A stretch of 64,000 nt of DNA from an uncultured Anaerolineales bacterium (GTDB lineage Bacteria > Chloroflexota > Anaerolineae > UBA7937 > B3-Chlor), in contig CAZOBP010000001.1 in the NCBI GenBank assembly GCA_964577995.1, forward strand, positions 2,229 to 66,228. The letters run 5' to 3'. Both the position numbers and the translations under genes were made by a program. Shown here piece by piece: positions 18,449-27,901 of this stretch. Every line of letters starts with the position of its first letter. The first letter of the stretch is position 1. The notes beneath the pieces were generated by a model. The model was given only the letters and a program-made list of their open reading frames with translations. It was not told where the DNA came from and made no database searches.

Positions 18449-21400
18449 GTGAACTGCCCAAACTGCGGCGCAGAGACTGTACCCCAAGCTAGATTCTGCT
18501 CGAAGTGCGGCACGACCCTATGCGCGGAGAGGCAACCGGACCCCACACGCGGGACACACGATGCTGTCTCCGAGAGCGTCCCTGACGCCAGTGCGGCGAT
18601 CACTGATACCACGAGTCCGCCGCCAAGCGAAGCCCAGCAACCAAGCGCGCCAGATTCCCCGGAGCGCGTCGCGTGCTGGCGGTGTGGCACGGACAACCCC
18701 AGTGACAGTAGGTTCTGTCGCCAATGTGGGGCCAGGCTGATAGACCCGGTCCTCCGGCTCTCGGAGCTCGAGGAGGAACTGGCTTCCGCGCGGGACGCTC
18801 TCTCCCACATGCCTGCCCAAGTCACCGAGCCAGAACTGGAGACGCTAAATAGCCTTCAACTGAGACTCCAGCAAGCCAGGGAGGCATGTCAAGCAGGCGA
18901 TACGGTCACGACCGGCGAACTGCTGATCCATGTCGAGCGCGCAAACACCACGTTGGCGGCCCGGATGGCCAGACTCGAGGAAGTCGCCAAAGTAGCTCAG
19001 CTAGCACAGCAAGCTCACGAAGCACTGGGTGATGTTCTTGAAGACGCCAGAACCTCCCTCGATGGCCTCACTCTCGTGCCCACCTCGGCTCTCGAGAAGG
19101 CCATCCGACGCCTGGAAACCAGGCTCGCGTCCGGCACCAGGGCTCTCGAACGGAACCAGTTCAAGCAAGCACACACGGTGCTTGCTGGCACCAAGGCGGA
19201 GAAAGAGGCCAGAGCCGTCAGGGACAAACTAGCCACAGCCCAGAGCCGACAGCACGATCTGGAGGTCGGGGTCCAGCAACTGGAGGAGCGTCTGACTGAC
19301 CTTCGCGCCAAGCTCGACGACGTGAGGCAGCAGTTCCTGAGCGATGGACTGGAGTCCTCCACAGTTGAGCGCAAACTGGCTCGTGTCGGCAGCACCCTGA
19401 CGCAGATCCGAGATGTGCTGGACAAGGGCAACGTGTCGCGAGCTCGTCAGCTCACCGAGTCGGTGGAAGCGAACCTGGATGCCCTTGACCAGCATCGCCT
19501 GGCCAGGGCCAGGGAGCAAGAAACCAGGCAAGCTTACGAGACCCGCCTTGCTCAAGAGACCGCCGACTTACGGCAGCGGATCGGCACGCTTCGAGACAGT
19601 CTTGAGTGCCTGACCCACCTGGACACCGCCCGCCAGTTGAGGGCTCTGGATGAATTGGATCGCAAAGTCGCACAAGTCGAGTCCGCTGAACCCCGCAGAG
19701 CTGAGACACTATTGAACACCATCCGTCGCGACCTGCAAGAACTGCGGCAGCAGCTTCCCGGGCTGCAAAGTAAGGATGGTCAGATAGGCGAGTTGCTGGA
19801 TCGCGTGGCAGCCCTCCGGCACGAATACGAGCACCTGCACCAGAAGGTAGCGCAGCTCGAGGGCCCAGAGTGGGACTCCGAGCGGCAGTCCATAGAGAAC
19901 AGCCTGGCCCGGCTCGCAGGTGCGCTCGAGAAGGGCGGATTCGAGAGCATACGCGCCCTGGAGAGTCTGCTGAGCAGCGTGGGAGAGCCTGCCAAGCTGG
20001 CGCAGAGCATAGCAGCCAGGATCGAGACCGAGCAGGAGGCATCCGAGCGTCTAGCGCGTGTGCAGACCAAGGCGAAGGCGCTCGTGCAGGACCTGAAGGA
20101 TGCGCAACGAGAGGGTCTAGGACTTCGCGAGGAAAGGGAACAATTGGGGCAGTTGACGGCCCTCCTGGGCCGAGCGGAAGAGCTCAGGCTCCAGGGCAAG
20201 AGACAAGAGGCCTCGATGGCGCTGGACACGATCGACGAGGAGCAACTGGATCAACTGAAGAACGAGATCGAAGACAGGCTCTCCAGCGCCAAACTACTCC
20301 AGAGGAAGACTACTCTCTCGGTGGCCAGGATGCCCGAGACTGGAGGAGTGACCAGCTACAACGTCATCCTCAACGTCTCCGGTGCAGGCCCGTACGACGC
20401 GTCCTCTATACAGGGCAGTATCAAGATCGCACACAATGATCGGGTCGATCTCAGGAAAGCCATAGACGATCTGACAACGGTGATCAACGTCCTGTTCGGA
20501 GCGCAGTCCACTCTGCGCGGCAAGATGCCCGATTTGCCAGAGCATGAGGCCCTGGACTCCCTCTCTGAGCTGGGAGACTTGATGTACAGGTTGTTCTTGC
20601 CCACAGCGATTCAGAGACATCTCAGGGAAGAGGAGACCGCCGTCCTCATAGCATCCAACGACCTGGAACTGCCGTGGGAGTTGATGTACGTGGACGACGA
20701 GTTCCTTTGCCTGCGCGTCCCCATCGGACGAATGCCCATGATGAGAGACTTCCCCCGACGCAACGACTATACCCGCGAAGACAAGCTGCGCTTCCTGCTC
20801 ATCGCCAATCCCACTGGTGACCTGCCGGCAACGGAGGAGGAAGTAGCCTTGATCGCCCGTCGCTTGAGCAAGGAGCACGCCGATGTGGAGATCTGGCTCG
20901 GCGACGAGGTAACGGGGCTCAGACTCCACCGGGCCCTGGCCTCAGGCCGCTACGACGTCATTCACTACTCCGGCCACGCGTACTTCAACCTCCAGAACCC
21001 TGACGAAAGCGGCCTGCTCCTAGCCGGTCAGAATGTATTCATCGCACAGACCATTCAGCGCACGCTGAGAGGAAGACCCCTCATCCTTCTCAACGCCTGC
21101 GAATCTGGGCGGGAGATGATGCAGGACGGCGAGGTGAGCTACACTGCCTCCGAGACCGAAGGTCTGGCCTCATCCTTCATACGTGGCGGAGCATTAGGCA
21201 TCTTGGGCACCCTGTGGCCCATCTTCGATGAAGGCGCAGCCGAGTTCGCCGCCACCTTCTACGATGGTCTCCTCTCGCGGAAGAACCTAGGCGAAGCCGT
21301 GCGCCTGGCCAGACTACAACTGAGGGAAAGCCACCCCCACGATGTGACCTGGGCCTCCTTCGTCCTCTACGGGGACCCCACTCTCATGATCCTCGAGTGA
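18449..21400 (+). CDS. Double zinc-ribbon / long repeat coiled-coil / C-terminal CHAT (caspase-like) protease-domain protein
   Basis: CPNCG..CSKCG and CWRCG..CRQCG zinc ribbons. About 520 aa of helical repeats. CHAT dyad IHYSGHA (His codon 20975-20977) and LLNACESG (Cys codon 21098-21100). GTG start has GAAGGAA 5 nt upstream. Confidence 0.8.
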   Translation: MNCPNCGAETVPQARFCSKCGTTLCAERQPDPTRGTHDAVSESVPDASAAITDTTSPPPSEAQQPSAPDSPERVACWRCGTDNPSDSRFCRQCGARLIDPVLRLSELEEELASARDALSHMPAQVTEPELETLNSLQLRLQQAREACQAGDTVTTGELLIHVERANTTLAARMARLEEVAKVAQLAQQAHEALGDVLEDARTSLDGLTLVPTSALEKAIRRLETRLASGTRALERNQFKQAHTVLAGTKAEKEARAVRDKLATAQSRQHDLEVGVQQLEERLTDLRAKLDDVRQQFLSDGLESSTVERKLARVGSTLTQIRDVLDKGNVSRARQLTESVEANLDALDQHRLARAREQETRQAYETRLAQETADLRQRIGTLRDSLECLTHLDTARQLRALDELDRKVAQVESAEPRRAETLLNTIRRDLQELRQQLPGLQSKDGQIGELLDRVAALRHEYEHLHQKVAQLEGPEWDSERQSIENSLARLAGALEKGGFESIRALESLLSSVGEPAKLAQSIAARIETEQEASERLARVQTKAKALVQDLKDAQREGLGLREEREQLGQLTALLGRAEELRLQGKRQEASMALDTIDEEQLDQLKNEIEDRLSSAKLLQRKTTLSVARMPETGGVTSYNVILNVSGAGPYDASSIQGSIKIAHNDRVDLRKAIDDLTTVINVLFGAQSTLRGKMPDLPEHEALDSLSELGDLMYRLFLPTAIQRHLREEETAVLIASNDLELPWELMYVDDEFLCLRVPIGRMPMMRDFPRRNDYTREDKLRFLLIANPTGDLPATEEEVALIARRLSKEHADVEIWLGDEVTGLRLHRALASGRYDVIHYSGHAYFNLQNPDESGLLLAGQNVFIAQTIQRTLRGRPLILLNACESGREMMQDGEVSYTASETEGLASSFIRGGALGILGTLWPIFDEGAAEFAATFYDGLLSRKNLGEAVRLARLQLRESHPHDVTWASFVLYGDPTLMILE

Positions 21401-21656
21401 CGGCGGCGGTCAGACACCATTGCCCCCCGTCAAGCCATAGGTACCATCTCCCGAACCCATCTCACGGGCCAGCAACCACGCAGGACGCAGGGTATCCACC
21501 ATCGCAGACGATGCTTGACGCACCCGCGGCTTCCCTCGGCCTAGTCCGCACGGTTGCTGAGCCTGGCCCCGCGCTCTCTAGCCAGCGCCTGCCGGGTCAC
21601 CAACGCCCAGAAGTCGATGTCCCGCCGCTCCTTTTCACTCAACCGTGACCCCCATC

Positions 21657-21685
21657 TTGCATTTGTCCCCTGGTGATGGTAAACT
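21657..21685 (+). promoter_or_regulatory. Promoter candidate TTGCAT-17-TAAACT for dnaX
   Basis: TTGCAT is at 21657-21662 and TAAACT at 21680-21685. It sits ~75 nt upstream of the GTG at 21762. Confidence 0.4.
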
Positions 21686-21761
21686 AGACACCGGTCCCAA
21701 GCGAGGCCTCCTACCACACTTTTCAGACCCTGCATCACCCGCTCACTTGAGGAGACTCATC

Positions 21762-23393
21762 GTGTCGCACGCTTTCTACCGCAAGTGGCGGCCCAGTACC
21801 TTCGAGGAGGTGGTGGGCCAGGAGCACGTCACGCAGACTCTGCGCAATGCCATTGCCAGTTCTCGCATCGTCCACGCCTACCTCTTCAGCGGACCGAGGG
21901 GCACTGGTAAAACCTCCACGGCACGGATTCTAGCCAAGGCGGTGAACTGCTTAAGCGACAGCGACGACAAACCATGCAGTCAGTGTCGGATGTGCCAGGC
22001 CATTGACGAGGGCAGAGCCATAGATCTGATTGAGATAGATGCTGCCTCACACACCGGTGTTGACGACATCAGAGACCTGAGGGACAAGATCAGCTTTGCC
22101 CCCGCACAGGCGAGGTACAAGTTCTACATCATCGACGAAGTGCACATGCTCTCAACCTCGGCATTCAACGCACTGCTGAAGACGTTGGAGGAGCCGCCGC
22201 CCCACGCCATGATGGTCCTGGCGACGACGGAACCACACAAGATACCAGCCACCGTTCTCTCCAGATGCCAGCGCTTCGATTTCCGCCCCATCCCTCTCAC
22301 TGTGATGATCCACAGGCTGAAAGGCATCGCGTCCCAGGAAGGACTGCCTGTCCAGGACGAAGCATTGGAACTCATCGCACGGCAATCCACCGGCAGCATG
22401 CGTGACGCAGAGAGTCTGCTGGACCAGGTAGCCTCCTTCGGAGACTCTGAGATCACCCTCGAGCAGGTGCAGACCATGCTCGGCACCGCCTCCTCTCAGG
22501 CGGTGGAGGAACTGGTAGATCACCTGGCGCATCGTGATGTGGCTGCGGGGCTGACCAAGATAGGTGAAACCGTCGCTGACGGCGCCGATCCCCGCCAACT
22601 GAACAAGGGACTGCTTGACTACCTGCGAGGCCTTCTGATCGTCAAGACCACCAGCCACGGCCCGGCGGACCTGACCGTCGATCAACAAGGGCAGATGAAG
22701 ACCCAAGCGCAGCAGTTCTCCCTCAAGGATCTGGTGCACACCATCAAGATCTTCAGTCAGGCTGTCCTGGACGTGAAGGGCTCTGCGCAGCCGCAGCTTC
22801 CATTGGAGTTGGCCTTCGTGGAGGCCATCCTCCGGAGGCAGTCCGAGAATCCGCCCGCCCGCCCTTCAGAGCAGGTGCCGCGAAGAGAGGCCCAGAAGTC
22901 CGCCGAGGAAGCGACCACCAAAGAGGCTGAGCGTACGCCTGCGGCCGACGATGAGCCAGCACCTCCCGAGAGCACTCCAGACAAGGAGGCCGCTCAAGCC
23001 AACGCTTCTGCCCCAGCGCTGGGGCTAGTTGGTGACGCAGCGCTGGGTGCGCTGCAAGAGAGATGGACCGAAGTGGTGACGGAGGTCAATCGAGAGAACA
23101 TGCATATCGCGGCCATCGTGAGGGACTGTCCGCCCGTGTCCTTCCAGGACGACACTCTCACCCTCAAGGCGCGATCGCACTTCCACAAAGAACAACTGGA
23201 ATCTGATCGGGCCAGGACGCTGGTTGAAGAGGCGATCGGCAAGATGCTGGGCCGGCGCTGCCGTGTCGGATACATCCTGGCCTCTGAGAAGGCGAACGAG
23301 AACCCCAAGAAGAAGGACCTCCAGGGACTTTCCGAGGATCCCGTGATTAAGGCCGGGCTGGAGCTGGGGGGCGAGATAGGCATCGTCAAGTGA
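21762..23393 (+). CDS. dnaX: DNA polymerase III subunit gamma/tau
   Basis: FYRKWRPSTFEEVVGQEHV, Walker A GPRGTGKTS, zinc module CxxCxxC, IIDEVHMLS, SRCQRF. Start placed at GTG 21762 after GGAG; the ORF track begins earlier, at 21645. Confidence 0.9.
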   Translation: MSHAFYRKWRPSTFEEVVGQEHVTQTLRNAIASSRIVHAYLFSGPRGTGKTSTARILAKAVNCLSDSDDKPCSQCRMCQAIDEGRAIDLIEIDAASHTGVDDIRDLRDKISFAPAQARYKFYIIDEVHMLSTSAFNALLKTLEEPPPHAMMVLATTEPHKIPATVLSRCQRFDFRPIPLTVMIHRLKGIASQEGLPVQDEALELIARQSTGSMRDAESLLDQVASFGDSEITLEQVQTMLGTASSQAVEELVDHLAHRDVAAGLTKIGETVADGADPRQLNKGLLDYLRGLLIVKTTSHGPADLTVDQQGQMKTQAQQFSLKDLVHTIKIFSQAVLDVKGSAQPQLPLELAFVEAILRRQSENPPARPSEQVPRREAQKSAEEATTKEAERTPAADDEPAPPESTPDKEAAQANASAPALGLVGDAALGALQERWTEVVTEVNRENMHIAAIVRDCPPVSFQDDTLTLKARSHFHKEQLESDRARTLVEEAIGKMLGRRCRVGYILASEKANENPKKKDLQGLSEDPVIKAGLELGGEIGIVK

Positions 23394-23508
23394 GGCCGCC
23401 GTCACATAGCGCACTGCCGCGCCAGTGCTGCGACGAGAACGAGTAAGGGCTCGATCGGTTCGCCGCGGCCATGGCAAGAACCGACGCCCTTAAGAAGGAG
23501 TGAATGGA

Positions 23509-23847
23509 GTGACGAAGAGAAGGAAGACGCAGTTCACAGGCCAAGGCGGAGGCACCCTGAAACAGTTGCAGGAACTGCAAAGCAAAGTCCTGGAAGCTCA
23601 GGAAGCACTTGCCCAGCAAACCGTCAGCACATCCGTGGGCGGTGGTGCTGTAACGGTGGTGATGAACGGTCACCACAAGCTCCAATCCATCAGCATCTCT
23701 CCTGAGGTAATCGATCCTGACGACCCTGAGATGCTACAGGATCTCATCATAGCCGCCGTCAACGAGGCCTCTGAAAAAGCAGGTGAACTCGCAACGCAGA
23801 GCATTGCCGGTCTCACGGGTGGACTGGGACTCCCAGGCTTGACGTAG
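23509..23847 (+). CDS. ybaB: Nucleoid-associated protein YbaB/EbfC
   Basis: LKQLQELQSKVLEAQEAL...GGGAVTVVMNGHHKLQSISISPEV...DLIIAAVNEA. Conserved dnaX-ybaB-recR order. GTG 23509 lies 9 nt after AAGGAG. Confidence 0.85.
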   Translation: MTKRRKTQFTGQGGGTLKQLQELQSKVLEAQEALAQQTVSTSVGGGAVTVVMNGHHKLQSISISPEVIDPDDPEMLQDLIIAAVNEASEKAGELATQSIAGLTGGLGLPGLT

Positions 23848-23848
23848 G

Positions 23849-24448
23849 ATGCGATCAGTTCCCAGATCTGTTGAGCGCCTGATAGAGGAGCTCAACCGCT
23901 TGCCCGGCATTGGTCCCAAGACCGCGTCGCGCTTGACCTTCTACCTGCTTCGCTCGCCGCAGGAGCAGGTCCAGGCATTGGCGCAAGCCGTCGGTGAGCT
24001 GCAGGAGAAGGTCGTCACGTGCTCGGTGTGCTTCAACATCGCCGAGACAAGCCCCTGTCGCATCTGCGGAGACACACAGCGAGATCGGACCCTGATTTGC
24101 GTGGTCGAGGAGCCTCTGGACGTTCTGGCCATCGAAAGGACTGGACAGTACGACGGCCTCTACCACGTGCTGCATGGCGCCATCTCTCCCATGGAGGGTG
24201 TGGGGCCCGAGGATCTCAGGATCGCAGAATTGACGAGACGTCTGGACACAAACCCGGTTCAGGAAGTCATCCTCGCCACAAACCCCAGCCTGGAGGGTGA
24301 GTCCACCGCGATGTACATCTCTCGACAATTGGGCCCTCTCGGGGTGCGGGTCACACGCCTAGCGCACGGATTGCCCATGGGCGGCGATTTGGAATACGCA
24401 GATGAAGTGACCCTGACCCACGCGCTGGAAGGCAGAAGAGAGATGTAG
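23849..24448 (+). CDS. recR: Recombination protein RecR
   Basis: LIEELNRLPGIGPKTASRL (HhH), C4 zinc finger CSVCFN..CRIC, and a Toprim region. Confidence 0.9.
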   Translation: MRSVPRSVERLIEELNRLPGIGPKTASRLTFYLLRSPQEQVQALAQAVGELQEKVVTCSVCFNIAETSPCRICGDTQRDRTLICVVEEPLDVLAIERTGQYDGLYHVLHGAISPMEGVGPEDLRIAELTRRLDTNPVQEVILATNPSLEGESTAMYISRQLGPLGVRVTRLAHGLPMGGDLEYADEVTLTHALEGRREM

Positions 24449-24526
24449 CGCCGCGTGAGGCAAGACGCCAGCGTCCGGGAGCCAATGGATGATGGCCTCG
24501 GCTCGCGAGCATGAGGGGAGGACACG

Positions 24527-25354
24527 TTGGGACAGCTTGGTCAGCTACTACGAGAGACCCGCGAGAAGAAAGGTCTGTCCGTCGCTGAGGTCGAAGAGGA
24601 CACCAGGATCAGACAGGCACAGATAGAGGCTCTAGAAGAGGAAGAGTACGGCAAGCTGCCGTCAAGCATATTCGTGAAGGGGCTGCTGCGCAACTACGCC
24701 CTGTACCTCGGCCTGGACTTGACGGAAGTGATGAAGCTCTACGGGGGTGAAGACGCTGAGAGCCGCGCGACGCCAGTCGTCGCTGAGGGTTTTGAGCCGC
24801 CGAAAGGCATGGCCATAACCTCCTGGCTATTCATAGACATCTGCCTCGCCATACTGATCGTGGCCTCCGCTGTGGTCGTGGGATCTCTGGCCTACAATCG
24901 GTGGCGCCCCTCGTTCGCCGCATCTTCGTCTACACCTACACGGCAGGCCAGCCTGGCCTCGCCAGTGCTTCAATTCACCCCCACCAACACACCCTCCCCC
25001 ACTTCGACACCGACCCAGGTACCTTCAGGTCGGCTCCAGGTGGATGTGCAGATCATCGCTCGCACGTGGTTGGAAGTCACTGTGGATCAGGAGCCTGCTT
25101 TCCGCGGCCTCATCGAGGCGGGCACGAATTGGTCGTGGTTCGCGGAAGACAGCATCGCGATGCACGTAGGCAACGCGGGCGGCGTCGTCGTCACTCTCAA
25201 CGGCAGGGAGCTCGGTGCTCTTGGAGGGCAGGACGACGTCGTCGATATCGAATGGACTTGGGAGAACCTCAACGCCACCCCAGAGCCTGTGCCCGTCTCC
25301 GGCACACCGGTCATCACCGGCACGGTCACCCTGACCCCTAGCCCCACTCCGTAG
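24527..25354 (+). CDS. RodZ-like cytoskeleton-associated protein (HTH, TM, Pro/Thr linker, DUF4115-like C-terminus)
   Basis: HTH LGQLLRETREKKGLSVAEVEEDTRI, YGKLPSSIFVKGLLRNYALYLGLD, a TM helix, and C-terminal WLEVTVDQ...HVGNAGGVVVTLNG. Confidence 0.7.
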   Translation: MGQLGQLLRETREKKGLSVAEVEEDTRIRQAQIEALEEEEYGKLPSSIFVKGLLRNYALYLGLDLTEVMKLYGGEDAESRATPVVAEGFEPPKGMAITSWLFIDICLAILIVASAVVVGSLAYNRWRPSFAASSSTPTRQASLASPVLQFTPTNTPSPTSTPTQVPSGRLQVDVQIIARTWLEVTVDQEPAFRGLIEAGTNWSWFAEDSIAMHVGNAGGVVVTLNGRELGALGGQDDVVDIEWTWENLNATPEPVPVSGTPVITGTVTLTPSPTP

Positions 25355-25362
25355 GGCCGCAG

Positions 25363-26682
25363 ATGCGCTTCTACCTTCTCTCCCTCGGCTGTCCCAAGAA
25401 CACGGTGGAGTCCGAAGGTATGCGAGAGCTGCTGCTCGCGGCCGGGCACCAGGTCACCGACCATCCCCACGATGCCGATCTTCTGATCGTCAACACCTGC
25501 GGCTTCATTGAGGCCGCCAGGGATGAGTCGCTGGCCGCCCTGAGAGAACTCGCCGAATCCAGGCTACCAGGGCAGCACCTCGTCGCCGCGGGCTGCATGT
25601 CCGAGCGCTATGGAACGGCCATGCGGGATCTCGTTCCTTCCCTCGACGGCATCGTCGGCACCAGACGATGGAAGGAGATCGCCACCCTACTGGACGGCCT
25701 GCTCGCGGCGAAGGAAAAGGGCACGCTGCGCCAGCTTCCAGAGCCCGCTCCTGAGCCCGCCCTCGCGCATCCCTTGCCTCGCCACTGCCCTGGTCTGGCT
25801 ACCGCATACGTGAAGATCGCCGAGGGCTGTGATGCCCTCTGCGCATTCTGTGCCATCCCGCAGATCAAGGGCCACTTCCGAAGCAAGCCGGGAAACGCCA
25901 TTCTGACTGAGACACGCGAACTGGTGGAACAGGGGATCAAGGAGATCGTCTTCATCGCGCAGGACACCACCGCGTATGGCATCGACCGCGGAGAGGAGGA
26001 CGCGCTGCCCTCTCTCATCTCAGATGTCGTCACCACTGTCCCGAACCTGGCGTGGTTGCGCATCATGTACACTTATCCTCAACGCATCAGCCAGCGGCTT
26101 GTCGAAACGATGGCTACCCACCAACAGGTATGTCACTACCTGGACCTACCTCTCCAGCACGCCCACCCGCAGGTGCTGCGTCGCATGAATCGACCCCCCG
26201 ACGTGGGCCAGATGCGCTCCGTCATCGCCAGTCTGCGCCAGGCCATGCCCGACATCGCGCTGCGCACTTCGTTCATTGTGGGCTACCCAGGCGAGACAGA
26301 GGAGGAGTTCCAGACACTGCTGGGCTTCATGAGCGAGATCGCCTTCGACCGAGTAGGCATCTTTGTCTACTCTCGAGAGGAAGGGACCCGCGCCGCCACG
26401 CTCCCAGACCAGGTGCCGGAGGCGATCAAAGAGGAGCGGTACGAGCGCGCTATGCTCCAGCAGCAGGAGATCTCCCTCGCGAAGAACGGGCAGTTCATCG
26501 GACGGAGCCTGGAGGTTCTTATCGAGGGAACAGGCGACGACATCAGCGTGGGTCGGTCCTACAGAGATGCCCCCGAGGTCGACGGCACCGTGATCGTGCT
26601 GGATGAACTGCCTGCCAACGAGTTCGCCACCGTGCAGATCACGGAGGCCCTAGAGTATGACCTGATCGGCTCTCCACTCTGA
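25363..26682 (+). CDS. rimO: Ribosomal protein S12 methylthiotransferase RimO
   Basis: MTTase N-terminus LSLGCPKNTVESE, radical-SAM CDALCAFCAIP, and a C-terminal TRAM domain. Confidence 0.85.
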   Translation: MRFYLLSLGCPKNTVESEGMRELLLAAGHQVTDHPHDADLLIVNTCGFIEAARDESLAALRELAESRLPGQHLVAAGCMSERYGTAMRDLVPSLDGIVGTRRWKEIATLLDGLLAAKEKGTLRQLPEPAPEPALAHPLPRHCPGLATAYVKIAEGCDALCAFCAIPQIKGHFRSKPGNAILTETRELVEQGIKEIVFIAQDTTAYGIDRGEEDALPSLISDVVTTVPNLAWLRIMYTYPQRISQRLVETMATHQQVCHYLDLPLQHAHPQVLRRMNRPPDVGQMRSVIASLRQAMPDIALRTSFIVGYPGETEEEFQTLLGFMSEIAFDRVGIFVYSREEGTRAATLPDQVPEAIKEERYERAMLQQQEISLAKNGQFIGRSLEVLIEGTGDDISVGRSYRDAPEVDGTVIVLDELPANEFATVQITEALEYDLIGSPL

Positions 26683-26707
26683 CTGACTCGGTGGGCCACA
26701 GGCTGCG

Positions 26708-27056
26708 TCACTCGAACAGCGAGGTGCTCAGGTACCTCTCCCCAGAATCCGGCAAGATGACCACGATGAGTTGGCCACGGTGCTCCGGCCTCCTGCCCAG
26801 GTCCAGTGCGGCGTAGGTGGCTGTACCCTGCGTTCTCTTCTTCTAGCGTCCGGGCCAACACCAAACACGTCAGGTCCTCCAACACCTGGACCACCTCACG
26901 GCGAGATGGTAAGGGCGCGTTGTACTCACCATCGATGGAAGACTCCCGACAGTCCTTGAGCACCGCGTCGACAACCGATCTCATCCGCTGTCGGTAACTG
27001 ATGTCCAGGTCAAGATTCTCGTCACACACCGATTTCTCTGAATCCACGTCCCGCAC
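26708..27056 (-). pseudogene. Deletion scar: N-terminal fragment of an EpsC-type serine O-acetyltransferase joined out of frame to the last ~40 codons of cysteine synthase CysK
   Basis: The frame from 27056 reads ...SIDGEYNAPLPSRREVVQVLEDLTCLV. This is the SAT N-domain up to the point where FPGYFG is expected; it then diverges. A different frame from ~26830 to stop 26710-26708 reads [39 protein letters not shown], a CysK C-terminus. Confidence 0.55.
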
Positions 27057-27064
27057 GCTACCTC

Positions 27065-27901
27065 CTAGTCCTTACCCAACTTCGCCCATCTTAGGCGATG
27101 CGTCCGCACCGACCGCCAGACCACCGCTATCACAAAGCCTGAAGCACAGGTGAGGATGATCGTGGCTCCCGAGGTCAGATCGAGCGTATACGAGAGACAC
27201 AAGCCCGCCGTCGTGAAGATGATCCCCAACCCAATAGAGCTCAGCATCATCTTCTTGAGATCCGTCGTTAGATGACCAGCGACGGCCGCCGGCATGGTCA
27301 GAAGGGCGATGACCATGATCAGTCCCACCACTCGCATGAGCATGACCACGGTCAGGGCGACCAGACAGTACAGAAGGAGATGGATGACGTTTACCCGCAC
27401 ATCGGCAGTGGAGGCGTACGTCTCATCGAAGGAGATGGCTAACAGCTCCTTGTAGAAGGCGGCGACGAGCACAACGATGACCACGTCCAGAGCCACCATG
27501 ATCAATAAGTCAGACCACGGGACAGTGAGAATGCTCCCAAACAGATAGCTCATCAGATCGGCTGTGTACCCTGGCGTCAGATCCACGAGGATGATGCCGA
27601 TCGCCATGCCAATTGCCCACATCATGCCAATGATGGTGTCTGCGCGCTCCCGGGTCCTCAGTTGCACGACACCCATCGTCAGAGCAGCCCCTACACTGAA
27701 CCCCATGGCTCCCAGCACGGGATTGGCGCCAAGGAAGTAGGCCAATCCAACGCCACCATAGGCAGCGTGGGCGATGGCGCCGCCGATGAAGACAAGACGG
27801 TTGATGACCACGTAGGTGCCGATGATGCCACAGGCGATGCTCACCAGGAAGCCGGCGATCAGAGCCCGCTGCATGAACTCGAGTTGAAGGACGTCAATCA
27901 T
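27065..27901 (-). CDS. znuB: Metal (Zn/Mn) ABC transporter permease, ABC-3 family
   Basis: MIDVLQLEFMQRALIAG..., 8-9 TM helices. The ATG at 27901 overlaps the znuC stop (ATGA). Zinc specificity is inferred from the adjacent Zur. Confidence 0.75.
   Translation of the reverse strand: MIDVLQLEFMQRALIAGFLVSIACGIIGTYVVINRLVFIGGAIAHAAYGGVGLAYFLGANPVLGAMGFSVGAALTMGVVQLRTRERADTIIGMMWAIGMAIGIILVDLTPGYTADLMSYLFGSILTVPWSDLLIMVALDVVIVVLVAAFYKELLAISFDETYASTADVRVNVIHLLLYCLVALTVVMLMRVVGLIMVIALLTMPAAVAGHLTTDLKKMMLSSIGLGIIFTTAGLCLSYTLDLTSGATIILTCASGFVIAVVWRSVRTHRLRWAKLGKD

Noticed and set aside
21401-21761. SRP RNA (ffs), which often precedes dnaX.
   Set aside because: No GNRA-capped helix 8 with the AGCA/GGAA symmetric and asymmetric loop motifs on either strand.
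21762-23393. Programmed -1 frameshift site in dnaX (A AAA AAG type).
   Set aside because: I found no slippery heptamer or long A-run while reading the gene.
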